64,000 nucleotides of DNA from Candidatus Kapaibacterium sp. Its GTDB lineage: Bacteria; Bacteroidota; Ignavibacteria; Kapaibacteriales; UBA2268. A model generated the notes under the pieces. It saw only the letters and a list, made by a program, of their open reading frames with translations, did no database searches and was not told where the DNA came from. The stretch lies in assembly GCA_963665665.1 (NCBI GenBank), contig OY762428.1, positions 288,001 through 352,000 on the forward strand, in the 5' to 3' direction. A program made the position numbers and the translations under genes. Positions 39,549 through 48,720 of this stretch are shown piece after piece (position 1 is the first letter of the stretch; every line of letters starts with the position of its first letter).

Positions 39549-39686
39549 TATCTACCGAAAATATTTTGTACAATTCAAAATATTGAAAATAATTTCCTAC
39601 TTTGAAAATTAATTGAAATATTAATCGTTATAGATTTTGTGAATATTATTTTTGATTTCTTCATTGAAAATTAACCGGGTTTGTAT

Positions 39687-40352
39687 ATGAAAGTTTTGAT
39701 ACTGAATTGTCATAAAGAAGATAATGATGATATTAACCGGATTCTTGATCCTTTTATTAAGGGTATTGAAGAATCTGGAGCCGAAGTAGAGCAGATCGAT
39801 ACCCGATCGCTTGAAATCAGTCCCTGCCGGGGATGTACCTCATCGATTAGCTTCAAATCTGATGGGCATTGTTTCTGCGAAGATGATATGAATTCCTTAT
39901 ATCCAAAATTCAGAGAATCTGATATTTGGGTTTTCACATCTTCCGACGACGGGAATTGCAATAATCCCAAACTGATGAACATAATGGACAGAATGGAACC
40001 TCTTTTTCCGAAAACATTTGAAGATGATACTGATATGAAAGGAAAAATTGCTTTTATATCTACAACAAAATCAAATACCGGCGAAAAAATCCAAACTGTG
40101 GCCGATGAGTTTATGAGCATAAGTGCCCTGTTCAATAAAGAATATGCCGGTGCATTACTCAGGCCCCAGGCTTCGTCGATCAAAGTTGTGCAAAATCTTG
40201 GAGGAAATATCGATGATATTTTCCAGGCCGCCAAAGACGCTGGAAAGCAAATAATTTTAAACGGCAAAATTGAATCCAATACGATTAAAACATTTGAGAG
40301 AAGCCTTTTTGATGATAAAAAGCTTCTAGAAGTTCTTGCGTCAAAAGTATAA
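39687..40352 (+). CDS. Flavodoxin-like fold protein (iron-sulfur flavoprotein / FMN reductase family)
   Basis: ISPCRGC...HCFCEDDM cluster-type motif, SDIWVF, MDR, AKDAGK; FMN-binding loops look degenerate. Confidence 0.7.
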   Translation: MKVLILNCHKEDNDDINRILDPFIKGIEESGAEVEQIDTRSLEISPCRGCTSSISFKSDGHCFCEDDMNSLYPKFRESDIWVFTSSDDGNCNNPKLMNIMDRMEPLFPKTFEDDTDMKGKIAFISTTKSNTGEKIQTVADEFMSISALFNKEYAGALLRPQASSIKVVQNLGGNIDDIFQAAKDAGKQIILNGKIESNTIKTFERSLFDDKKLLEVLASKV

Positions 40353-40373
40353 AATTAGCATTCAGAGCAATTT

Positions 40374-40402
40374 AAAAACCACCAGTTCTGGTGGTTTTTT
40401 TT
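40374..40402 (+). terminator. Intrinsic terminator
   Basis: AAAAACCACCAG-tt-CTGGTGGTTTTT hairpin with T run. Confidence 0.8.
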
Positions 40403-40647
40403 GTTAATCCTTTATTATCAACGATTACAATTGAAAACCCTCGGAAAATTTTAATGTAATATTCCTGAAAAGCAATATTTTTTCTAAAAACTTTAAACTT
40501 TTTCTTTTTCAATGTGTATATGAAACAAGAGTAATTTATCTTATTTTGAATTGTTATGATTTGTAACTATTTTTGAAATACACATATTGATTGCGAAATA
40601 TAGGTTTAAATGAAAGATTAACGAATATTAATGCAGAAGTCGGGAAA

Positions 40648-41990
40648 ATGAAAAAACAGTTTTGGATAGTATTGATTTTAATAATTGGTTCGGTAAATGT
40701 TTCCGCACAATGGGAATGCAGAAGTAAACTTGCAGCTCATCTTAGCCCTATAGCAGGATCTGATTTGCTATGGGCTGCCGAATTCACTCTTGGCGGCGGA
40801 GTTTTAAGCCATAATAATATATATAATTACCTTGGGCTTGTTGCTCTGGACTACAGCTTCGATAATAGTACTTTTTATATTGAAGGTGGCGGCAAATACT
40901 GGCAGAACAGACAGGAAAACCCGGATGTGATCTTCAAAAAAGGACGGCCCGGTTTACGTGAGGCATATTTTAAAAACAGATCAAAATTTGGCGATATTAC
41001 AATAGGCCTTCAATCAATTACACTTAATGATGACTACCTTTTGAATGAAAGAATACTCGGGCTGAATTACAAGCTAAATTCAGGTAAATGGATGATAAAT
41101 CTTACCGGAGGTACTGTTTCACAGGATTTTTCACGTCAGGGAACATTTTGCGGTACATGTTTCTTATACGACATTATACCCGGCAGACAAAGAAATTTAA
41201 TCAGCCACGAACTGGGCCGGTCAAATTTTACTGTAATTTCATTTAGTTATTCCCCGCGTTTAGAAGTTGATGAAGAATACGAAGAATTAGCGGACGATGA
41301 GTTTGCTGATGTTTCAGATGAGTTTTCTGACGCAGGGGATGAATTTGAAGATGTTTCAGACGTGTTTTCAGATGCATCTGATGAATTCGGAGAATTTGAC
41401 GAAACAGTAGCAAAATCTACCCCATTTGCGAAGATTGAAGAAACCGGAGCAGTTCTATATACAGAATTTGGAAGCATTTACAATAACCTTCCCATTTTGG
41501 GTGGATTATTCTTTGACTTGTCATTCTTTGAAGACTGGCATATCAAACCGGAATTATTATACCAGGCCCAGAATGAAAACAACGGAATTATATTTAACTT
41601 TTCTCTGAGAAGAGATATTATTTGGGAAAACACTCATAAAACAGGATTTGTACTTGAATATACGGGATTTTCCGCAATTGATGACAATGCTTTCGCGGCA
41701 AATTCATTTCAAATATTTTCGCCGGTGAAGTTTTAAGGCTGGATATTCCCGAATCTGACATTGTTTTGGTTGGTATAAGGCATATAATACCATCATCCAA
41801 ACTTCATTTCAAACTTCAGTACGCGGAACTGATAGATGAACCGGGTATGAGGGAAATTGACTTCCAGGCCGGTAAAACATTTTTTGACCACTTGCTGGTT
41901 AACGTTATATTTGGATATATTGAAAGTAATTTGATAATCAACAGGGATTCAGCGCTTCTTGCCAGGATGGAAATAAGGCTAAGTTTTTAA
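40648..41990 (+). pseudogene. Putative outer-membrane beta-barrel protein interrupted by a single frameshift (~447 aa if repaired)
   Basis: Signal peptide MKKQFW...VSA-Q, alternating beta-strand pattern; frame 1 stops at 41736 but the -1 frame is open from 41685 (SNIFAGEVLRLD...) to a beta-signal end MEIRLSF at 41990. Confidence 0.7.
41296..41388 (+). repeat. 21-bp / 7-aa acidic tandem repeat inside the barrel gene
   Basis: DEFADVS-DEFSDAG-DEFEDVS-DVFSDAS-DEF. Confidence 0.85.
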
Positions 41991-42010
41991 TATTTTGTAA
42001 GGAAAAAACG

Positions 42011-42277
42011 ATGAAAAGAAGAGAATTCTGCAGAAGCTTCCTTGGTTTTGGAAGCACAATTGTACTGGCCGGAGCAATAAGTTCATGTGGTGTACTCGAA
42101 GCAGGAGTTTACACGATAAACCAGGAAAATTGCGATGGTTGCGGAGACTGTGTTAACTCATGTAGTTACGGTGCTATCGAATTGAAAGATGATAAAGCAG
42201 CCATTCTGACATCAAAATGCGAAGGCTGCGGTAAATGTAAAAGTAAATGTGATAACGGGGCGATCAGTGAAGAGTAA
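42011..42277 (+). CDS. Tat-signal lipoprotein 2x[4Fe-4S] ferredoxin
   Basis: MKRREF twin-arginine, lipobox ISSC, CDGCGDCVNSC and CEGCGKCKSKC. Confidence 0.88.
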   Translation: MKRREFCRSFLGFGSTIVLAGAISSCGVLEAGVYTINQENCDGCGDCVNSCSYGAIELKDDKAAILTSKCEGCGKCKSKCDNGAISEE

Positions 42278-42296
42278 CAATAATTCAAACAGTTGT

Positions 42297-43655
42297 ATGA
42301 ACAGGAGAAATTTCCTGTCAGGAATAGGAAAAGTAACAGCAGTTGCTGCTTTTATGCCAATAATAAACGCCTGCGAAAACCCGAGCATGTATTCTGCTCT
42401 TGCAGTAAATGAGGAGCTTTGTACCGGTTGCGGAGACTGTCTTCCACATTGCTTTTACGATGCCATTGACCTGCCGGCAAAAAGTAAATACACAATACTT
42501 ACAGATACTTGTACCAGGTGTGGGCTTTGCCTTGATGCCTGCCCTGACGATGCAATTACACTTGTTCCGAGTTTATATTCAATAGATAGGGAAAAATGTA
42601 TTGAATGCGGGGAATGCCTGCCATTCTGCAAGGATAATGCCCTGATAATTACTCCAAAAAATTATACTATTAATGAGGATAAATGTATAGAATGCGGTGA
42701 ATGTATCCCATCCTGCCCCGAGGATGCTTTTGAAATTGCCGTTAAAGAATACCGGATTGATGATGACGAATGTACTGATTGCGGAGATTGCTTGAAAGTA
42801 TGCGAACCTGATGCGATCAAACTTCATATCACTGATCTGAAATATACGATTAATGATTCTTGCATTGGTTGTGGCGACTGCGTTGAGGAATGCAAAGAAG
42901 AAGGAGATGCTATCTTCTACGTCAGGGAGCATTATAATATCAGAAATGGCCGCTGCCACGGATGTATCCAGAAATGTAGTTCTGTTTGCGAGGATGATGC
43001 AATTTTTCTTGAGAGCGGAAAAGTAAAAATTGATGAAGATAAATGCACAAAATGCGGAAAGTGCCTTGAACGCTGCCCTTATGCAGCTATCAATAAAGCC
43101 TATGTCGAGATTGACCAGAATAGATGCACTAAATGTGGCGAATGTTACGGAGAATGTGAATATGATGCCATAAACAAACTGGGAACAGTTAACAACTTCA
43201 ATTCCCACATCGATCAGGATAAATGTACAAGTTGTGGTGAATGCTATACAGCATGCACCCACGAAGCAATTGATATAAAGCAGGCTTCCGAACCGGAACA
43301 TCCGGGGATTAACCAGGATAAATGCACCAACTGCGGGAAATGTATATCCGAATGCCCTTATGAAGCAATCGAAGTTGATGGATCTGACGGTGATCCTCAT
43401 ATTGACCAGGATCTGTGTACTAATTGCGGCGATTGCGTTCCCGGTTGCCCCTATGATGCAATTAATGTGAATGAATCTGAGATATTACCAAATATAGATC
43501 AGGATAAATGTTCCAAATGCGGTGATTGTTATGATGTATGTGAGGATGAATCAATTAACGCAGTTATCAGCACAGCCAGAATAATTGATGAGAACTGTTA
43601 CAAATGCGGTAAATGCCTGGAGGTTTGCCCGGAGCATGCAATTAAGAATGTTTAA
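42297..43655 (+). CDS. Tat-signal lipoprotein polyferredoxin with 14 [4Fe-4S] motifs
   Basis: MNRRNFL twin-arginine, lipobox INAC, thirteen CxxCxxCxxxC plus one CxxCxxxCxxxC motif; ATG 42297 preferred over the track start. Confidence 0.9.
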   Translation: MNRRNFLSGIGKVTAVAAFMPIINACENPSMYSALAVNEELCTGCGDCLPHCFYDAIDLPAKSKYTILTDTCTRCGLCLDACPDDAITLVPSLYSIDREKCIECGECLPFCKDNALIITPKNYTINEDKCIECGECIPSCPEDAFEIAVKEYRIDDDECTDCGDCLKVCEPDAIKLHITDLKYTINDSCIGCGDCVEECKEEGDAIFYVREHYNIRNGRCHGCIQKCSSVCEDDAIFLESGKVKIDEDKCTKCGKCLERCPYAAINKAYVEIDQNRCTKCGECYGECEYDAINKLGTVNNFNSHIDQDKCTSCGECYTACTHEAIDIKQASEPEHPGINQDKCTNCGKCISECPYEAIEVDGSDGDPHIDQDLCTNCGDCVPGCPYDAINVNESEILPNIDQDKCSKCGDCYDVCEDESINAVISTARIIDENCYKCGKCLEVCPEHAIKNV

Positions 43656-43656
43656 T

Positions 43657-44046
43657 ATGCGAAGGTCAATAATTATATTGTTGCTCCTTGTTCCCACATT
43701 TTTCATATCCGGAAAATTATTAGCCGGTTCCGGGAAAGCTGTTGCAAAAGTCAAAGTCATCTCTCCGGAAACTCATAAATATAACATCGGAGATACTCTT
43801 AATGTTATTATAATGATAAAACTGCCAAAAGAAATTTGCCTGGAAGGAATGAAGTTCACAAAAGTTTTTGCAAGTGGAATGGATATTATTAGCGAAAAAA
43901 ACTGGAAACCTGTAAAACCCGGTTTTTGGAAAAAGAAATTGAAACTGGTTTTTAATAATCACAATAACCAATTCGGACAACTTACAATATATAGAAAAGC
44001 TGATAAAGGCAGCCTTATTCATAAAGAAAAATTTTACCTGCAATAG
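43657..44046 (+). CDS. Small basic exported hypothetical protein
   Basis: Signal peptide MRRSIIILLLL...LLA; beta-rich, Lys-rich mature part; directly abuts both neighbours. Confidence 0.75.
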   Translation: MRRSIIILLLLVPTFFISGKLLAGSGKAVAKVKVISPETHKYNIGDTLNVIIMIKLPKEICLEGMKFTKVFASGMDIISEKNWKPVKPGFWKKKLKLVFNNHNNQFGQLTIYRKADKGSLIHKEKFYLQ

Positions 44047-45069
44047 ATGAATACTTTAGTTAACATATCGACAGGCAAAAAAAGCTTCAGGGAGTTACTT
44101 GCCCGCTGGATTGTCATTGGCGGAATAATATTAATGGCTGCCGATACAATATACATGGCTTACAACGGAATAAACGCTGCAAACCGGCAATTGTGTATTA
44201 TATACTGTTCGCTGCCGCGTTGGGCTTTTTTCACATGGGAATATATCATCGAACTTCTTCTTGTTGTCCTGGTAGGAGTTTTTGCAGGAGTTCTGATTGA
44301 GCACTATTCCAAAAAAATAAAAAGATTTTACCCCAAAAATCCGTTTCTAGCATTTGTTTACGCTTCAATTATTCCTGTATGTTCCTGTGGTGTCATTCCT
44401 GTTATTGATTCCCTGAAGGGCGATATTAAGTTGAAAACTATCATCACATTTGTGATTGCAGCACCTTTGCTAAACCCTTATATAATATTTATTTCATTCA
44501 GCGTTTTGGGTTGGGAATACGCTTTGATTCGAATTGCCGCCTCATTTGTGATTGCTGTTGGTGGAGGATTCCTGGCAGAAAGCGTTTTTAGAAAATTCAA
44601 CCTGAATATCCAGAACGGGAAAAAGCAATGCTCTTCAAGCTGCGCTGTCCATGAAAAAGACCTGTTCGTAAAGACACTCAAAATCATGCGCAAGCTTCTG
44701 CCCTATATAATAATTGCCGGAGCACTTACACTATCATTCGAATTTCTTACGCCAAAAAGATTTCTGGAAACACTGAATTTTTCTAATGAACCATTATCAA
44801 TGGCGCTTATGCTTGTTGTCGGTATTCCAATCTATGTTTGCAACGGAGCTGATGTATTATTTCTACGCCCGCTATTGGAATTCACTGATCTTTCCCTGGC
44901 ATCAGCCATGATCTTTTCCCTTGCTTCATCATCAGTATGTATTTCTTCAATCGTTATGCTTGCAAAATATCTTGGCCGAAAACAGACTGCTATTCTTATC
45001 GGAATATTGACCGTATTAATTTTCGGTGTAGCTTTTACAATAAATGTTGTAAGCGGTATCATGGGGTAA
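44047..45069 (+). CDS. Permease, ArsP/DUF318 family
   Basis: IPVCSCGVIP, AAPLLNP, IPIYVC motifs, multiple TM helices, central CSSSC linker. Confidence 0.8.
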   Translation: MNTLVNISTGKKSFRELLARWIVIGGIILMAADTIYMAYNGINAANRQLCIIYCSLPRWAFFTWEYIIELLLVVLVGVFAGVLIEHYSKKIKRFYPKNPFLAFVYASIIPVCSCGVIPVIDSLKGDIKLKTIITFVIAAPLLNPYIIFISFSVLGWEYALIRIAASFVIAVGGGFLAESVFRKFNLNIQNGKKQCSSSCAVHEKDLFVKTLKIMRKLLPYIIIAGALTLSFEFLTPKRFLETLNFSNEPLSMALMLVVGIPIYVCNGADVLFLRPLLEFTDLSLASAMIFSLASSSVCISSIVMLAKYLGRKQTAILIGILTVLIFGVAFTINVVSGIMG

Positions 45070-45227
45070 AATGTTTAATTCAATATCTGAAAAAAATAAT
45101 TCTCATATAATTTTTAAACAACTAATTCATTAATATATATTCATAATAAAAGCCATATTCACATCAGATTTTTTTGTATTTTGATATTACTATAAAGTAA
45201 TACTATTTACAGAGAAACGCCTGTTCT

Positions 45228-46082
45228 ATGAAAAAAAACAATCCTGCAATTACCGAGATATACATAAAAACAATAAGAAAAAAAATTGACAAACAGGATG
45301 TTTCTATCCCCGTCCTTTCAAAAGTTGCCTCGCAGGTATTTACAATAACAAAAGATATTAATGCAGGTATGGCTAAAATTGCGGATCTTGTTCACCGTGA
45401 TCAGTCGCTGGCGGGACACCTTCTGAAAGCTGCGAATTCTTCTGCCGTTTCTTCAAGGGTTGAAATTCAGTCAATTCACCAGGCAGTTCAGTTGCTGGGA
45501 GCAAGAATGATAAGCCAGGTGGCGATGTCAATTATTGTCGGTAAAAATTTCTTTAGAACAAATAGTTATAAGGATATTGTACAAAGGCTTCGGCTTCTGT
45601 CATTGATCTCTTCACAGTATGCCCGTGAGATCAGTTCAAATATGAATCTGAATACTGAACAACTCTACCTTTGTGGATTGATTCACAATATTGGCAAGCC
45701 CGTTATTGTTCAGCTCGTAGCACAAATTGATGAAAGATCAGGTGGAACTTTGAATGAAGATCAGTTTGATTTACTTTTCGATAATTATCATATAGAAATT
45801 GAGGAACTTATTGCCGAAAAATGGAATTTACCCCAAATGATAACAAGTGTCGCGCTAAATTACCATCAATATGATAAAATTGATGAATTCCAAACGGAAG
45901 CAGCAGTTATCAATCTTGCAGATAAATTGGCCCGGCTTTCTATTTCCGAAGATGATACCCAAAGAGAATCATTAACGACAGACCCGGTGGTTGCTTTCCT
46001 GGGACTAAGTGAAAATGATATAATTGACCTGTTTGAAAAAAGGGAGGATATCAAAGAAATTGCAAACGGCCTCATGTTTTAG
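45228..46082 (+). CDS. HDOD domain protein
   Basis: IPVL, DQSLAGHLLKAANS, AVQLLG, GLIHNIGK, WNLP, LAD. Confidence 0.9.
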   Translation: MKKNNPAITEIYIKTIRKKIDKQDVSIPVLSKVASQVFTITKDINAGMAKIADLVHRDQSLAGHLLKAANSSAVSSRVEIQSIHQAVQLLGARMISQVAMSIIVGKNFFRTNSYKDIVQRLRLLSLISSQYAREISSNMNLNTEQLYLCGLIHNIGKPVIVQLVAQIDERSGGTLNEDQFDLLFDNYHIEIEELIAEKWNLPQMITSVALNYHQYDKIDEFQTEAAVINLADKLARLSISEDDTQRESLTTDPVVAFLGLSENDIIDLFEKREDIKEIANGLMF

Positions 46083-46225
46083 TACCTGAAGATATTTGCT
46101 CAAAAAATATTTTTCCAAACCTGTAAATCAGCGTTTTATTAATCGGCTGAAATTATTAATTTTGTTTCTTGTAAATAATTCACATGTAATTGAATAGTTT
46201 ATCATATTAAAATGGGTCCAGGGTA

Positions 46226-47197
46226 ATGAAAAAAGAGATAAAAAAGATTTTAGTGATAGGCGCACTTGGCCAGATCGGTTCGGAATTAACCTTAGAGCTT
46301 AGAAAAATCTATGGAAATGACAATGTTATAGCATCGGATTGCAGGGCAACGCCCACTGCTGCAATAGCCGAATCCGGCGCTTTCGAGCAGATTGACGTGC
46401 TCGATCCTAAAGGAATGGAAGAAATAGTAAAAAAATATGAAATTGATACCATTGTTAATCTTGCTGCAATTTTATCGGGCATAGGCGAGCAAAACCCGAA
46501 CATGTGCTGGAATGTTAATATGAATGGATCTTTGAATGTACTGAACCTTGCCATGAAATATGATATGGCAAGAGTTATTATCCCGAGTTCAATAGCTGTA
46601 TGGGGACCGGATTGCCCAAAGGAAGCACCACAGGACACTGCCCTCCACCCTACTACAATGTATGGCGTAACAAAGGTCTCCGGCGAATTGCTAACTGATT
46701 ATTTTGTTCAGAAATTCGGCCTGGATGTACGAGGACTTCGCTATCCCGGTATTATCTCTGCTGAAACTTTCCCCGGTGGCGGCACAACTGACTATGCCGT
46801 AGCAATTTATTACGAGGCAGTTAAACAGAATCATTACAAATGCTTCGTAAAAGAAGATACACAGCTTCCTATGATGTATATGCCGGATTGTATCAAAGCT
46901 ACTATAGACCTGATGCAGGCTCCTTTTGAAAACCTGAACAGGCACAATGACTATAACGTCGGCTCCATGAGCTTTACAGTAAAAGAAATTGCTGATTCAA
47001 TCAGAAAATTCAAACCGGACTTCACGATAGAATACGAACCGGATTTCAGGCAGGCTATCGCCGATTCATGGCCGGATTCAGTTAACGATCAGCCGGCAAG
47101 AGACGACTGGGGCTGGAACCCGAAATACGACCTTGACGCAATGACAAAAGATATGCTGGAAATACTCGAGAAAAAACACGCCAAAGGTGAAATATAA
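46226..47197 (+). CDS. L-threonine 3-dehydrogenase (extended SDR type)
   Basis: GALGQIG, LAAILS, PSSIA, YGVTK, GGGTTDYAV, PMMYMPD, ADSWP. Confidence 0.9.
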   Translation: MKKEIKKILVIGALGQIGSELTLELRKIYGNDNVIASDCRATPTAAIAESGAFEQIDVLDPKGMEEIVKKYEIDTIVNLAAILSGIGEQNPNMCWNVNMNGSLNVLNLAMKYDMARVIIPSSIAVWGPDCPKEAPQDTALHPTTMYGVTKVSGELLTDYFVQKFGLDVRGLRYPGIISAETFPGGGTTDYAVAIYYEAVKQNHYKCFVKEDTQLPMMYMPDCIKATIDLMQAPFENLNRHNDYNVGSMSFTVKEIADSIRKFKPDFTIEYEPDFRQAIADSWPDSVNDQPARDDWGWNPKYDLDAMTKDMLEILEKKHAKGEI

Positions 47198-47220
47198 ATC
47201 GAATTTATTCGGCCTTTTTC

Positions 47221-47260
47221 AAACCTTCCGCCGGCAGCCTGCCTGCGGAAGGTTTTTTTT
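47221..47260 (+). terminator. Intrinsic terminator
   Basis: AAACCTTCCGC...GCGGAAGGTTT plus T run. Confidence 0.85.
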
Positions 47261-47485
47261 CAGTGTTAGAGTTAAAATTATTTGATGTAAAAAACAGATA
47301 AAATATCTTACTACTTCAAAATTATCCATACCTAAACCGGAGATATGCTTCCCACAAACTTAACATCTAATAACTTGCCATTTTTATAAGTGGAACTACT
47401 TAATTTAATTATTAATTATACTAAATATCATTAGAATGCGTTTTCACGTTATATTACTATTTTTTCATCTATTGTGGGGACTTAT

Positions 47486-48664
47486 ATGTTTAAAAAATCT
47501 ATACTCCTTTTGCTTATAGCATTTATTTGTTGGCCTTCTGGTTTATCCTTTTCTCAGGAAAAAGATTTATATCTTGGAATCGGAGCCGGTTTGTCGCGAG
47601 GCATGAACGAAGGCAAAAGAGACGAAAGAACCATTGGCGCTGTATTCGGGGCCAACGCACTAATTACTAATGCCATCGGAAAGGGTTTGACTCCGGAATT
47701 CAATTTCAACTATTTTAAAAATGGTACGGACGAATTCGGGCTTTATTCCCAATACGAAACTACTCACATGACATTCGACTTGCGTATGAGGTTTTATCCT
47801 TTTGAGCAGAAAGGCTTGCAGCCTTATGCTTTTGCCGGACTCGGAGCAATAATGTTCAATGTTGATGAAATGCCTCCAAATCCCGATCCCGAATCCGAGG
47901 ACAGTGGTGTGGCATTGAATATCCCTGTTGGGGTTGGTATTTCATATTTCTTCAACGAAACTGTCGGGCTGGACTTTAATGCCGGAGCTTACATGACCAG
48001 TACTGATGATATAAACCCGGTTTGGGATGATGTGACTGATGCAAACTGGGTTGGGAAGCTTTCGGTCCTTTTCAGGGTTCACAGGTTTGAAAAGGACACA
48101 GATGGCGACGGCCTTTCAGATAAAGAAGAAATGAAACTTGGAACAGATCCGAATAATCCTGATTCTGACGGCGACGGTCTGATGGACGGAGAGGAAGTTA
48201 ATGAATACAAAACAGATCCTCTCAATCCGGATACAGACGGCGGAGGAATAAAAGACGGCGTTGAAGTACAAAACGGAGCCGATCCTCTTGACGGGGATGA
48301 CGACATTCTAAGTATCAAACCCGGTGAAAAACTTATCCTGAAAAACATCGAGTTCGAATTTGCCAAATCCAGAATAACTAATAAATCAGAGAGGATTCTT
48401 GGATTTGCAGTTAAAGCTTTGAAAGCCGCTGAAAACATGGAAATTGAAATTGTTGGCCATACTGACGATGTTGGTGATATTGAAACCAACCTGAAACTCT
48501 CTCAGGACCGTGCTGATGCTGTTAAGAAATGGCTTGTTGACAATGGAATTGACGAGTCAAGGTTATCGACCCGTGGCGAAGGGCCTAATCAGCCTCTTGT
48601 TCCGAATACAAATGCCACAAACAGGCAGAAAAACAGAAGAGTGGAATTTATCAGAACAAAATAA
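47486..48664 (+). CDS. OmpA family protein: N-terminal beta-barrel, DxDGDG calcium-binding repeats, C-terminal peptidoglycan-binding domain
   Basis: DTDGDGL/DSDGDGL/DTDGGG repeats; GHTD...NLKLSQDRA...NRRVEF. Confidence 0.92.
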   Translation: MFKKSILLLLIAFICWPSGLSFSQEKDLYLGIGAGLSRGMNEGKRDERTIGAVFGANALITNAIGKGLTPEFNFNYFKNGTDEFGLYSQYETTHMTFDLRMRFYPFEQKGLQPYAFAGLGAIMFNVDEMPPNPDPESEDSGVALNIPVGVGISYFFNETVGLDFNAGAYMTSTDDINPVWDDVTDANWVGKLSVLFRVHRFEKDTDGDGLSDKEEMKLGTDPNNPDSDGDGLMDGEEVNEYKTDPLNPDTDGGGIKDGVEVQNGADPLDGDDDILSIKPGEKLILKNIEFEFAKSRITNKSERILGFAVKALKAAENMEIEIVGHTDDVGDIETNLKLSQDRADAVKKWLVDNGIDESRLSTRGEGPNQPLVPNTNATNRQKNRRVEFIRTK

Positions 48665-48682
48665 GAAATATACTAATTAAGC

Positions 48683-48717
48683 AAAAGCCCTTTGATCTGA
48701 ATTTCAAAGGGCTTTTT
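48683..48717. terminator. Bidirectional terminator between convergent ompA-like and dnaJ-like genes
   Basis: AAAAGCCCTTTGA...TCAAAGGGCTTTT. Confidence 0.85.
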
Positions 48718-48720
48718 CAA

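Noticed and set aside
41296-41388. Periodic repeats as a CRISPR array
   Set aside because: In-frame 21-bp coding repeats without spacers; no cas genes
42579-43400. 273-aa antisense ORF
   Set aside because: Shadow of the repetitive polyferredoxin; no independent features
48100-48305. Repeated GAYGGCGACGG-like DNA units
   Set aside because: Explained by DxDGDG calcium-binding repeats of the OmpA protein
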